Assembly (NCBI RefSeq): GCF_001194135.2
Contig: NC_069002.1
Coordinates: 37,496,108 to 37,560,107, forward strand
Source of the DNA: Octopus bimaculoides
Lineage: Eukaryota
Length of the DNA: 64,000 nucleotides
Direction of reading: 5' to 3'
In this document: piece by piece, positions 11,126 to 24,640 of the stretch
How the letters are laid out: each line of letters starts with the position of its first letter
Numbering within the stretch: the stretch's first letter is position 1
Notes under the pieces: model-generated
Seen by the model: the letters and a program-made list of their open reading frames with translations, nothing else
What the model was told of the DNA's origin: nothing
Database searches by the model: none
Program-made: the position numbers and the translations under genes

Positions 11126-13285
11126 TATACACATACATATATACATAATACGCACATGCGAATACAAAAATACACACATATGTATATATATATATATTTT
11201 ACTGATATCTTTATTGTTGTTTATTGTTTGTTTTTTGTAGCATTTTATGGAATTTTAGTTATTTGTTTTTAAATGTTCATCTTTCTAATTGCATTTCCAT
11301 CTTAGCATGCTCTTAAGATCGACCACCCCACAACTTGATTCTGTCGATGTTTGCGCAAATATTAACAATTATGGTGATTTCTTTCTTCTTTATTTACTAC
11401 AAACGAGGGGACGAAAATAAACGATAATCCGTGATAATAATAGATTTGTGCTTAATATTTTAACTTTGAGATTAAAGAAGAGAGAATTATCACCAAGATA
11501 ATTATGTCGACATTTAGAACACAAATACTAAACCAAGAAAATGAGAAAAGAAATCCAATTCTTTTGTTAGGATTTTTCTAATTTTACAAAAGTATTTTAC
11601 ATTTCTTTCTTTTGTATTTCTAAACAACACAAAAAATGTATCGAAATTACAACTTAACCAAACAAACGAAATATTAGTGTTTTATTTAATTTTTCCTTTT
11701 GGTCTCCGCAAAAAGTTACGAAAAATAGTTGGTTCCTTCTACGTCAGTTAATTTGCTAGACATAGCAGCCAAATAGACTGAATGATTTATACATCAACGT
11801 CGTTTTATTGAAGGAAAGGGCATCTTAATGTCCTGACATGTTATATCTGAATACAAAGTTGAGTTGGTCACAAAGGGATTGCCTTATATTTTTGCTCGAT
11901 GAGGGCTGACTTGTGTTTGCTTAAAAACAACGTTGAGAAAAATAACAACAAAGGAAAATGAACGAACGAGAAAATGTTGAATCGATCGTTTTAAAGATTT
12001 ATTTACTTTTCGTTTAGTTTTACTTTGTTTATTAACTGAATTTCAGTAATTGGCAAACATGCCCCCCCCCTACCCTTTTTTTTTTACACATATGTTGTAA
12101 AAGATATAGTTTTTCGAGTAGTGCGGGGGCAAAATAATAATAATCTTCAGAGTCTCTTGCTTTAATCTCAGAATGCTGTATACAATCCCATTGTGTATTT
12201 TAATCAGAATGCCTTTATTCGTTAATCAGGGTTTAACCTTAGGTTTGACCTGTTCAGAAATAACAGCCAAATCACGCTACCGTTGTTATAATGGATCGTG
12301 TAATCCGAGTTTTACTAACTCTGTTAGAATTAAATAACTGTTCGTGTATATGGTGTTATATGATATAACACCATATATATAAAACTTATATATGTTTTAC
12401 ATTTAACTTCTATGTAAAATATAAAAACCGCAATACTGTAATAGAAAAGTAGACTAAAAGAAATCCACCAGAGTCTGTATAGCTATTTTGTTAATTTCGA
12501 GTCTGATTTATTATTTAATAACAATAATTTCTAATGTACGTTTAAGACGTTATTTAAATTTTGTGGGGAGGGGCAAAGCAAAACATTTTGCTCCTAACTG
12601 GTCTCTCAGTTAATTCTGACAGGATTTGAAATCAGAACATAGATGTCTAACTAAATACTACTTTGCCTTTCTAAAACCTGCAACACACACTAAATATTAG
12701 ATAGATATTTGTGTGTTTATATTTATGTATATTGGAGCACCTTTGTTGAAAATATTCCATTAACGAATGGCAAAAACAATTGCCTCCCTTTTGATTGAAG
12801 AGCGAAGTCAGAAATTAATTAGTAAATTAAAAAATAATTTCGAAAACTATTTTTTAATTATTATAAAACAAAAACGGGTGCTAGATTGGTAGAATCATCA
12901 ATGTCGAACAAAATTCCTTGCAATATTTGTTGTAACTGAAGGCGGCGAGTTAGCAGGATCGTTAGCACGCCGTTCTGAGTTCAATTCTGCCGAGGTCGAC
13001 TTTGCTTTTCAGCCTTTCAGGGTGAAAAGCAAAATCGACCTCGAAATAAGTACCAGGTGAGCACTGGAGTCTACGTAATTAACCCAAAATTTCAGGCCTT
13101 GTGCCTACAACGAAAAGTATTTGTTGTAGGTATCAAGTTTTGTGTTCAAATCCCGCCGAGGTTAACTTTAGTTTTCATCCTATCGGGGACCATAAAATAA
13201 AGTACCAAACATTTCGAGCCTACGCTCTTCCACAGAAAGAAACAAGGAGAGAAAAAAAATGTGTGTAGTGATTAACGATCTATCA

Positions 13286-13322
<37 letters not shown>

Positions 13323-16300
13323 TATATACACATACATACATGTAGATCACGTCCTTTTGATGTTCTTGAAAATTTTATAATTTACTTATTATTGAGTCCT
13401 TAAAAAAAACTTTAATTTGGGTGCTAGGTACAGACAATGTACAAGAGCTAGGGCAGCCCTAATTTATTGTAAAACTTAAAGGAGTGTAAATGATGTTAAA
13501 TATTTGTAAAAGTGAGGAAAAAAGAAAAGGAAACATTTGACATGGGTTGAATGGTTTGACAAGATCTGACAAGTCCAGGGACTGCTTTGTTCTACAATGT
13601 CTACTTAGCCTGGTTACTGTTGCTGGATGCCCTTCCTAGTTCCTAATACTAACCACTTTACAGTGTGTACTTGGTGCTGTTCTTTTATGGCACCAATACG
13701 AATGAGGTCACCATGCAATTTGCAGGACTAAAATCCCCATCAGCTAGGGCCTACAGTAGAGAGAGACGCAGCTTAAAACTAGGGGATGAGAAGTCAAAAT
13801 GTGAAAAAAAGGGGCCACTAGAGGAGGTTTGTTGCTGTTGAGGAGTTGCATGGCTCTTCTTCTTATAGAAAAGTTAGTGGGAGCAGTTGAGGTGGAAAGA
13901 AAATTAAAATAGTGATGATGAGGTGTCAGGGAGGATTGTCAAGGTACAAGGAAAATAGGGAGTAGGGGACAGGAGAATTGAGAGTGTGGGTGGGTAGAGA
14001 TTGCAAGAGTGTATGGGAAAGATGGTTAGAGTGGGTGATGAGGTGAATATAATAAAGTCTGCTATGAGAGGACCCTTTGCACTTAACTCTTACATCTGTG
14101 ATTTAAAAAAAAAAATTCCATTCCTTAACTGCTTTTCTTCAGCAAGTAAATGACTTAGAAATAACTCCAGACAGGCAATTTGTGGCTGGAGCTGGTATGT
14201 ATTGAATATTTTTCTTTTTTCTTGCTTTGGTTTTGTTTATATTTGCTTTATATTAACCGTTCATGGCTTAGGAAAATTTCATAAAACACGCAAGGCCATG
14301 GTTAGCATTATATAGCAATAACTTTCTTGATAATTTCTGTGTGCTTGTCTTAAAATCTTCATGGAAGAATACAAAGGTAGTTTTCTGTTGAATGTCAATT
14401 CCTGAAGTAAAATTATGTAGCAACACCAAATGGCGGTGCCCCAGCATGGCCACAGCTCATGAGCTAAAACTAGATAAAATGAAAAAATATATATATATGC
14501 ATGCTATGATGTAATGTGTGTGTCTTTGTTTTTGTTTTTATGATACAGGTTTCCAGCACATTCGAATGTTTGACATCAATTCCAAGAGTTCAAGTCCGTT
14601 AATAGATTATGAAGGTTTAAGTAAGAATGTTACTGCTGTTGGATTTCAAGAAGATGGTAAATGGATGTATTCTGGTGGCGAAGACATGACTACCCGAATA
14701 TGGGACCAACGGTGAGTGAAGATTGGACCAACTTTTTTTATTTTTTGTGTATCTTTTTGCCCTAGTCTTCAATCATCTTTTCGTGTTTTGTCTTTAATTT
14801 ACGTATTGACTCCCTGTCAAGACACACGAAAAATGTTGTATTGCAGACCTACCCAAATTGTACTGTCTGGTTGAGCCTGCTCTGGTTTTTCGGACAATCA
14901 TGCCACCATTCGTGGTCCTGATCCTCCATTGCATTCAGGAGGTCAATAAGGCAACATTTGCCTACTGGGGGTCAATCTTCCCCAAAATTTCGAGCCTTGT
15001 GCCTTGAGTAGAAAAAAATATTGTCATTTGATTTTATGTTCTAGGTCTCGAAACCCTCAAAGTCAAAGGATGTTTGCTGGGAATGCTCCTGTGAATTGTG
15101 TATGCTTACACCCTAACCAGGTAAATTATTATTGTTTTTGTCATTACTACCCGTTCCCCTTCCTCCTGTGGTGGTGGTGGAGGTTCTTTTTCTGGGTTAC
15201 CTATCTCACTTTTCAGCTCCTTTCTTAGAGATGCAACACTTCCTTCAACACATGCTGTTCCAAGTATTTCTGCCAACTGTGTACTTTCTATGAAGTTTGG
15301 TATTTTTGAATTTAATTTCATTTTATATTTTGAACTTGTAAAAGACACATGGAGTGTCGAAATATTGTTCATTCATTTCATTTTCTTTTTAACAAACAGT
15401 CAATATCTATTTATTACCAATAACAGTCACGCTCTTCTTGTTTCTTTACCTTTTTAGGAAAGTGGGTTATACATCATTAGATGTACACCTGACTTTCCTA
15501 TATTAAATTAGAAGTGAACAGAACGCAGAACTCCAAACTGATCAACGACAACAATATTTATTTAAAGATACAGTAATGGCGACTATGCCTTTTTGGCGCC
15601 ATATGACGTCACTACACCTTCATGAAGAGTAACTTGAAACTTGAAATATTATTATTATTTATTGTTGTTGTTTGATGTTGTTTATCATTTTTTTATAGGG
15701 TGAGCTTTTTATTGGTGATCAGAATGGTGTGATTCATGTGTGGGATCTGAAGAGTAACCACAAAGAACCTTGTGTAAGTTTTTACTTTTGATTTTATTAA
15801 GTTACATGTGATAGGTTTTTGAGATTCTATAGACCTAGTAGTTGTTGCTGCTCTCCTGTTCTTAGCCACCTTTCTCAGAGTAGACCCCTTACAATGACCA
15901 ATACTCCAGCTGTGAACATCCTGTCATCTTTAACATGGTGTAATTTGGAGATTTAGCTGTTGTCTCGAGCAGGTCAAGCAAGTACGTAGAGGTTCCCTCA
16001 TTGGCTTGTTGAACCTGTGTTTGATTTGAATGGCTGAGTGATGGTTACAATAGTACAAAATTTGTTTTGAGCTTTAAATCTATAGAAGATGGGTTTTGAT
16101 GCGTATTGGGCAGTATACTGAATTTCACATAACCTCAGTTCACCTAGAGGTGAGGTGAGGTGATGTATATCATCTGAGAAAGATACTTGAGAGAGAGAGA
16201 CAAACAGGCTATCCAACATTTACCCATCAGTTCTGTGACATCAATGAACAGGATTTAAGCAGTACCCTTTGAAAACGTCCTTGGTTGAGGTGCTTAGCAA

Positions 16301-16662
16301 ACATTTGATTCCTTTGTAGAGGCTTATATAGAACTGAGACAGAATTCAAGATATTGTCCTTAATGTTTCCTTTCCTGCTACTGAGATAACCATTTTCTCC
16401 CAGTCCTTCCTCCTTTGTAATTTTCTCTGTGGCACAAGTTTTTATTGCAGATGTTAATTTTCAAACTGAACACAATAACCACATCAATCTCACTAGTTTA
16501 GGAGTGTGGGCCTTTAAAGATTACAGCCACTACCCCTTCTCCAATATTTCTGATTAGTTTATGAAGAAATGTGTTTTTTTGTCTTTCTTTTTTACAACTG
16601 AGATCAATTCTGGAACCATGTGGTTTCAAACCTGTGCTCTTCAAATGAAGTCTGAGTTATAG

Positions 16663-16695
<33 letters not shown>

Positions 16696-19600
16696 CACAC
16701 ACACACCTGTAATCAATGGCACTGTTGTTTACAAGTTGTGCTCCAGCATGGCCACAGTCAAAAGACTGAAAACAAGTAAAAGAGTAAAAGAGGTGTGGGC
16801 ATGACTGTATGGAAAGAAGCTTGATTCTCGGCCACATGGGTCCGGGTTTAGTCCCACTGCATGGCACCTTGAGCAAGTGTCTTCTACTATAGTGTTGGGC
16901 TAACCAAAGCCTTGTGAGTGGATTTGGGACAGAAACTGAAAGAAGCCCGCCATGTGTGTGTCTGGTTGTCAAGCAGTGGTGGGGAGACAAACACAATGCT
17001 GGTGTGTTTATGTCCGTAATGTAGCGGTTTGGCAAAAGAGGCCAATAGAATATACACTAGGCTTACAAAGAATAAGTCCTGGGGTCCATTTCTTCAACTA
17101 AAACCCTTTGAGGCAGTGCTCCAGTCAAATGACTGAAACAACTAAAAGAATCAAAGAATATATGGGATCGTACTGCTGTTACACACTTTTACATCGAAGA
17201 CTGAATCGTCAAGAAGGCCATTTAATTACTTGACAAAGACTCACTTTCCAACATCTTAGAACCTCTGGAACCTCTGACCCATGTTGCGGTCTCACTGTGA
17301 CATCTGCTTCCAAACTATCTCATTTCAAATAACTCAATCGTATGGCAAACCACCTTCACTGTCTCGTCACCCCCTTCTCTTTCTCAGAACATTTTAACCT
17401 CCTTTTTTAATCCTGAATACATCAACTTGCTGTTCATGTGTTTAAGCTAAACATAAACTGTGTCAGTTTCATCAGTAGTTTGAGAGGGTTAGGAAAAAAA
17501 AAAAACAAGGGTTAGTGTCATAGAATTGGTACTCTGTCGAATTTTTAAGATTTTCATTTGACTTTTTTCTTCCTTTTTTTATTTTGATTTAGATTCCGGA
17601 ATTGGATGCTTCAATCCAATCCATCTGTATAGACCCAATGGGAACTATGATGGCATGTGTTAATAATAAGGTGAGTAGATGTGATGACGATGATGATGAT
17701 GTGGATAGTTTTTGAAACTGTATTTTCAATTTCCTAATGTTTTTTAATGCTGAATTAATGCAGGCTGTTCGGAAGTGTCCTGGAGCTCATCTGCCAGCCT
17801 AAGGATTAAATGTTTTGGTGGCTTTGAATCTGTTGAGCTCATCTGTTGTTCTGTGTCTCCGCTTTGAAACGCTCTTGCTGTCCATCGAGAGGTTGTCCTT
17901 TATTGTTAGATGGACATGACTTCTCTTTTGGCTTTATGGCTGCAGATATGTAGAGAAGCAGCAGATGTGTGTGTGATTTCGATATGGACATTGTATTTTG
18001 TCTTTTAAGGGTCTACTATAGATTCTGGCATCCAGTTTTTGCTTGGGTGTGTGCATGCGCGTATGTGTGTGTGTGTGTGTGTGTGAAGAGCAAAGGGTCA
18101 GCTACTAGAAAACTTATGGTAGTAATTATATTGCTGTTGTTGATTGCATTTTGCGATGGAGGGACTGTGAGCGCTGCTTAATCTCCCTAATCTTGGGGTC
18201 TTTAATCAATAGTCTTATTTACGATACTAATACATCACCTGCACCTTATGAAGATATTATTTACTTTGCCTGTGATGCTATACTTTATTCTTTCACCTAC
18301 TTCTACTCTTTCCTTTCCCTTTTTCTTCCTTCTCTATCACTTTCTCCTCCTTTCATTCCCCCGTTTTCTTTTTTCCCTCTTTTTTTAACTGTGTACTTAC
18401 ATTAGCTTTCACTATTTAGTTCCTTTTTCTTAGCGACTGCTTTGCCAGAGGAATCAATTTGGGAAGCAATCAGAGAGGAAGAGGAAGAGGCTCTGCATGT
18501 GTGTGTGTGTGTGTTTGCGGAATACAATGAATGAAAGAGGTGAGCAAAGATGCTTATTAATTCTGCTGTTTCTGTTGCAGGGACGGTGCTATGTCTGGTC
18601 TCTGAGTGGCAGCCATAAGAGCGAGTGTTCATTTCTCCATAAACGAGCCGAGTTCCAAGCCCATAAGCGATACGCTCTTAAGTGTATGTTCAGTCCTGAC
18701 TCAACGTAAGAAATACTTTCTTCTTCAAGAAAATCCTCTTGAAGAGTTTTCTGCTGTCATTTATTTATTGTTCATTTCTATCATTTCCAATTTGCTTTTC
18801 ACTATTTTTTTAAATATTTTTTTTTCTTTCTGTTTATAATTCCATATCCTCACGTATCATAAGAAGGTTGGATAGTTTTACAAATTTTGACATTTGCAGC
18901 AAGTTTTATTCTGTAGATTTTTTTTTTTTTTTGTTTATAACTAGATAACTGTTCCTATCTTCATTCACTTAGTTCAAATGAAGGTCATAGCAATGTCAAC
19001 TGAGAAGCAATAGCAGTTATGTACCTTGTACAGGGATTCTTTTGAACAATAGAGATTAATTAGTGCAGAACATGGAATTAGTCTCAGAAGGAAATCCATC
19101 CTGTTGTAATTGTTATTTTCATATTTATGCCATCACTGAGACGATGGTCCTCACGGAGGCAACAGGCCTCACAGAAGCAATGACACTGGTGTCATGTAAC
19201 AGGCATGTAAAAAGCACCATTCAAGTGCTGGGCCTCACAGAAGCAATGTAACTGATGCCAGTGGCATGTAAAAAGCACCCATTACACTCTTGGAGTGGTT
19301 GGCGTTGGGAAGGGCATCCAACTGTAGAAACCATGCCAAATCAGTCTGGTCAAACCATCCAACCCATGCTGGCATGGACAATGGATGTTAAATGATGATG
19401 ATGATGATGATAAGTATTGCAACGTCATCTTAACCTTATAAGAATCATAGCATCATAACTGCAATATGAATATTATGATATAGCTTTAAGATTTTAGCTG
19501 TGACATAACTATAATATCATAGCAATTATCACGACAACTATTTTCATAATTAATGCCTATATGAAGACCAGAAAGCTATATGTTTACTTAATATGTCTGT

Positions 19601-20528
19601 AGGCACACTAGCTGTGTTCTTTATGCAGTAGTAGGAATATGTGTAGACACACTAACTGTGGTACATATAGTGAAGGCGCAACGGCTGACTGATACTACAT
19701 GCAGCATATAGACCAGGCGTAGGTCTCTTGGATTATTACTTGTTTTCATCAATGGCTCACTTTCTGTGCTCAGGACACTTCATCAACCAAGAAGAGGTGG
19801 CAGTTTCAGTTAAAGAGTTTTTGTCATTTTGAAGGACAAGAACTGGGATCACAGAACTGGCAGACAAGTGGCTTCAAGCAGTGCAACATGATAGACTCTG
19901 CTTTCAATGCTAGGCTGCTTTTGTAGTATCTTGATGAATAAAGTAGATAAATTTCCAAAATATTGCCGAACTTTTCACTTGAACACAAATCATTAATATA
20001 AACTGTTTTTCAATCGCAGGCTCTTGGCCACGACTTCTGCTGATTGCACTGCTGTGATCTGGAAAACTGCTGACTTTTCAAAGTTAACAGAATTGAAGGA
20101 CAACACTCAGCGCTGGGTATGGGACTGCGCTTTCAGTGGCGATTCACAATACATAATTACTGGTAAGGCTGTTTCTCCCTCCACCTCTCTACTCTGCCTC
20201 CCACCTTATTTACAAGATCTCCTCTGGCTTCAATATTTTATTTTTGTATTGTTTTTGTATATCTTAGCTCTCTCCTCCTCCTCCATACTCTTCTTTTACC
20301 TCTTGCCGTCTCCCTGGTCTACATTTTACCTCTCCTTCTATATAGTCTGTATTTGAACTCTCTTCTATAAAGTTTGTTCTATTAAAAAAACCACATTCCA
20401 TGTTGATTCTTGCTTTTGCATTTTTACTTTTGGTAAAGTCTGATACCAAAAATACAAAACTTTACATCTCTTGAGTACTGTTCTCTTCCTTACTCAAGGG
20501 TATTCTTTAAATATGTTTCATTGTCATC

Positions 20529-20564
<36 letters not shown>

Positions 20565-21076
20565 ATACAAACACACACACACACACGTGTATTTGTGTCT
20601 CCTTGTTTGGACACCATGCAATAGTTTCAAATGAGTGTCATTCATTTTCAATCTTCCATAAATACATGTCCAGCCACAAGTCTTGGTTTGGTGACTGAAA
20701 GGGCAAATCTGTCTTAACAAACTCCTTTTAACTCATGCAAGCATAGAAATTAAATGGAATTTATTAAAGCATAGATATTAGAATTAGAATTAAATGGGAT
20801 TAAAATGATACTATGTAATCTGAAACATGCAGTTATACATGTGAGTGTGATTATGTGTTTCAGCTAATTTTCATGTTGGTGTTCTTTATATTAGAATCTC
20901 TTTGAATAATAATAATAACCATGCATTTTCTTTATGTTTGTTTTTCAATCTTTACAGCTTCATCAGACAATGTGGCTCGACTTTGGAGCGTGGAGAGTGG
21001 AGAAGTTCGCAGGGAATACAAAGGTCACCAAAAAGCCATAATCAGCCTGGCTTTTCGGGATGAAGTATTGTCTTAA
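10783..21076 (+). CDS. MLST8: Target of rapamycin complex subunit LST8 (WD40), complete 9-exon model
   Basis: join(10783 or 10843..10965,14143..14194,14549..14711,15045..15120,15699..15773,17593..17670,18581..18705,20020..20162,20958..21076). All introns are GT-AG with consistent phases. From ATG 10843 the CDS is 954 nt (317 aa). Motifs [45 protein letters not shown] and [13 protein letters not shown] match mLST8. Confidence 0.96.
10966..14142 (+). other. Probable U12-type (minor spliceosome) GT-AG intron
   Basis: The 5' site is GTATCCAC. A perfect U12 branch consensus TTCCTTAAC at 14121-14129 lies about 13 nt upstream of the AG at 14141-14142. Confidence 0.8.
12935..13117 (+). mobile_element. 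tRNA-derived SINE (family B) with 11-bp TSD
   Basis: Head AAGGCGGCGAGTTAGCAGG, B-box-like GAGTTCAATT; TSD TATTTGTTGTA at 12924-12934 and 13118-13128. Confidence 0.85.
14143..14194 (+). CDS. MLST8: mLST8 coding exon 2
   Basis: [17 protein letters not shown]; TTCAG| acceptor, |GTATGT donor. Confidence 0.93.
14549..14711 (+). CDS. MLST8: mLST8 coding exon 3
   Basis: [13 protein letters not shown]...[11 protein letters not shown]; ACAG| acceptor, |GTGAGT donor. Confidence 0.95.
15045..15120 (+). CDS. MLST8: mLST8 coding exon 4
   Basis: [25 protein letters not shown]; CTAG| acceptor, |GTAAAT donor. Confidence 0.95.
15699..15773 (+). CDS. MLST8: mLST8 coding exon 5
   Basis: [25 protein letters not shown]; ATAG| acceptor, |GTAAGT donor. 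Confidence 0.95.
16730..17160 (+). mobile_element. Family A SINE tail (16730-16790) followed by a full copy (16790-17160)
   Basis: Head GGCATGACTGTATGGAAAGAAGCTTG, CORE-like CACCTTGAGCAAGTGTCTTC, and tail GACTGAAACAA. Confidence 0.85.
17593..17670 (+). CDS. MLST8: mLST8 coding exon 6
   Basis: [26 protein letters not shown]; TTAG| acceptor, |GTGAGT donor. Confidence 0.95.
17770..17960 (-). mobile_element. Degraded RTE LINE 3' coding fragment
   Basis: The minus strand resembles the DNRWT...KRRRGR...RW RTE C-terminus, highly decayed. Confidence 0.4.
18581..18705 (+). CDS. MLST8: mLST8 coding exon 7
   Basis: [10 protein letters not shown]...[15 protein letters not shown]; GCAG| acceptor, |GTAAGA donor. 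Confidence 0.95.
19150..19412 (+). mobile_element. RTE-related 3' tail ending in (ATG)n
   Basis: GGCCTCACAGAAGCAATG...AAAAAGCACCC...GGAAGGGCATCCA...AAATGATGATG. Related tails at 13530-13720(-), 39210-39320, 40255-40370, 42300-42620, 43060-43270(-) and 50230-50335(-). Confidence 0.7.
20020..20162 (+). CDS. MLST8: mLST8 coding exon 8
   Basis: [16 protein letters not shown]...[16 protein letters not shown]; GCAG| acceptor, |GTAAGG donor. Confidence 0.95.
20958..21076 (+). CDS. MLST8: mLST8 coding exon 9 (stop TAA)
   Basis: [39 protein letters not shown]. Confidence 0.95.
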
Positions 21077-24000
21077 CTATGTTGCAAGGCCTGCTAGTAA
21101 GGCATGGCTGATACCAGTTTAGTTGTTTTTTTTTTTTATCTTTTCCACGGGGGTGCAAACCCAACTTGGCTACTAAAGAGAAGTTTATTCGTGGATGTGC
21201 ACTTGACTGATAATTTGTTGTTCAGTCATTTCCTGCACCCATCAGACATTTTAATTTAATTTTATTTGTTTATTATTTTTTAAGATCTTTTTTGTTTTTT
21301 TTTGTTTTTTTTTGTTTTTGTTTTTGAGAAAATGATGTTTACTTAAAGTCTGAACAATTCTGTAACAATGAAGGAGGACAAGGATTTTTCCCCAGGAATT
21401 GTTGCAACTGAATTTCATCGTTCCATGGGTAAGAGTTCTAAAGAGCAGTGGAGGCAGTTGTTGGGGAGCTGGTTCCGAGGTGGAAACAACATTTTTTTAA
21501 TACTTTTCTGTTTCTATATTTTTGTGTGTTTATCTTCTCTTTAGTGGTGCTTGTTTCTGACCCTTAATTTGCACTGCTGCGATGCAAGTTGTGCAGCGTG
21601 GGAAGGTGAAAGGCATTTCAAGCATAAATTAAGAGGAATCAAAATTTAAAAAGAAATATTTTTTTTTTAATTTCATAAAATAATTTTGTGTGTGTGTGTG
21701 TGTGCATGTGTGTCTATGTGTGTGGGTGGGTGGGTGTGTATGTTATTTAATCTCTGGTTAGCCCCGTTTGAGCAGACCTATGCACAAAGGCATTCCAGAT
21801 ATGACCATTGAAACTTTCTAGAAGTACCTTGGACTAAATTATCCAATGTGTCCTTGGATTTTTGTTTTTAGACAGTAGAGTATAATTTGAGAGAGATTTG
21901 CTGCTATTTCTAGCAGGTTTAATAATGCTGTAGAAGCTCCCACTGTGTTGAGCAAATGTGACTGCTCAGAAACATGTATGGTAGATACAGTAGACAGTTG
22001 CCTGTGTTGTCATGGCAACTCACAGCATTCAAGCATTTACAATGATGTTTATTATTATTATGGAAAAATGACACTTGAGTGTGATGGAAACCGATCGATG
22101 AAAGATGCAGAAAGTCAGGTTTGGCAGCCAAGTAGGAAACCTATTTGAAGTGGTGGGGACACTTTTTGTACTAAGTTCAATTTAAAATATGTACCAGTAA
22201 TATAACTAGAACACTTGTGGTGATGGTGGTGGTAATTGCATTGCTGGAGCTGGTAAAGTTTTACTTCCGCTGGCCCAACCCTTTGTCTATAAAAAAAGTT
22301 TGGTGGTTTGGTGATGAGTCCTTCTCAAATGAAATCCTTGTTATCTCTTTTCATCTCTTTACCACCATCTTCTAACACTATCATCTGATCATCTGTCTCT
22401 AAATCACGTTCGTGATGGATGGTTGGTGGGTGATCATAGTAGTAGTGACAGTAGTGGTTGTAGTTGAGGGTTGTGGCACTTTTGATAAATGAAATTTAAT
22501 GTAAAACCAGAAACCAAATGCTTGGATCGACTGGGACTGAGTCTGTGTTAGGGGGGGGGGAGAAGAAGAGATTTGGTGGTGGTTATCATTTCTCCTCAGC
22601 AGACATACTCAGAAGTATTCCAGCTGTGGCCATTAAGGCTGTTAAGGGACTATATTGGACTACATTAGCTAATGTTCTCTTTATTTAAGACAGTAGGGTT
22701 GATTTGAGGGAGATTTTGGTTCTATTTCCCCTTGTCTCATGTTGTTTGTGTCAATTGAAGATTGATGTGGGGGCCTCCTCCACTTCTTCTTTCAAGTACA
22801 ATAAACTGAGCAGTTTACGTATCTGTTACATCGAGACATTCTTGAAACGCTGTTGTGGGCTGATTTCCATGCTCGAATAAATATATTTCTCATCCTCAGC
22901 AATTGGTTGTGGATTTTTGCATATAAGAGTGGAGAGTCTTTGTGTTCACCAGACATGATCCCCACCGTCACTTTAATTGAAAGAATGACACACTTGCAGT
23001 TATTGGCTGAGAGAGGGAGAGAGAGAGAGAGAGACCAGTATGTTGAACACCTGGAATGCATCTCAGGCGGACTCTGTCATCTCCATCCCATTAACACTGA
23101 TGCCACAAACAAGCCAATTCAGGCTGCTTGCATGTAGGGGGCAAAGGAGCTGCTCTCTCATATTTAAGCACCCTTACCTTAACAAACTAAAACATTGTTA
23201 ATAATTGTTACTTGTGTCTCACACACACACACACGCTTCTCTTTTTTACCTGGAGCATATTTTGGAAATGATGTTTGGCTGAAGGAAGAAGTGAAAACAA
23301 GCAAATAAAGACGATAGTAGTGGGGGTGGTGATAATGATAGAAAAAAAGTAACGTTACACACTAAAATGTAATTGAATTGGTGGAGGTGACTTGTTGTTG
23401 TTTAATCCCAGATCAGTTCTCATTGAATAAAAATCAAAAATATTCCAACCATATTCATCCCATTTTTTTCTCCCTTCAATGACGACATCATTCATATAAT
23501 GTTCTTTTTTTTTTTTTTTTTTAAGATGGCATGTTGTATGTGAAGAGGGTTTCGTGTCCTTTCCAGTGAACTGAATGACTGTAGACTTCCTTGTTGGCTT
23601 GTCCTTACTTTGATGTCAGTGTTTTTGGTGGGGAAGAGTGTTGGGTGGGGGTGGTTGAATGGTTTTCAAGAATCTAGGTTTGACTCTAATCATTTCTCTA
23701 ATCATTTTTGCAGCTGACTCCAGCAATTATGTTAATAATAATAATGATGATGATGGTGATGATAATTATAATAATAGTTAAAATCCAGCTGATGTCAAAT
23801 TTGCCTTTCAACCTTAAAGAGTTGATAAAATAAAGTACTACTCAATTACTGGTGGGGGGAGTGATAATTATCATTTTGACAGAATCCACTTTTCCATGGG
23901 CCAAATGGAGTTTACTGAGGTAGATTTTCTATGGCAAGTTGCCTTTCCTATCATCAACAGTGGTTTCCAAGGAAGGTAGTATTTTCCCAAGACCAGACAT

Positions 24001-24324
24001 ATTTTGGCGAAATAATGAAAAGGAATGACCCTGCTTGTATGACAACGTTGATGTCAAACGGAAACGCAAAGACACACGGTCCGGCATGTATTCGTACATA
24101 TATATGCAAACATGCATATATTCATACATACGTGTAGGGGGAGTTACGAAGTTCAACAAGTTAAGAGAGGAAAGATATTTTACTAAATGATTAACACAAA
24201 AGAAAAACATGGCTATATGAATAAATACGTATAAATATGAGAGAGAGAAACGGTTTGAATAATTATCATAAAGACATTATTACAAATAAAAAAAGAACAC
24301 AAAAAGCTTTGTTAAATTCAGCAA

Positions 24325-24640
24325 GGCAAGGTTTCGTGGCCGCAATATCAACTTTATTTCGTTATTTTCCCAGCTCGTTAATTCAACAAGACGGTTTAGT
24401 AACTGTTTTGTGGTTGAGGGGAATTGAGCGTATTTTGAAAATGAAAGTGATCAATGGGAAATAATTACTTAGCAAATATTAGGTAGTTAATTATCTGCCC
24501 TTGAGAATTTTTTTTTTCTTTTCCTAAATACTCCTCTTTCAAATCTCTATTACATCAAATGCAGTTTACTAAACCGTCTTTGTTGACCTTACGAGCTTGA
24601 AAAATGGCGAAATAAATTTGATTTCGTTCAGGAAGCCATG
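24325..24640. mobile_element. MITE with ~70-bp inverted arms
   Basis: 24340-24410 (TTTATTTCG...CAAGACGGTTTAGTAACTG) inverts to 24560-24625. A partial copy lies at ~26285-26370. Confidence 0.7.
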
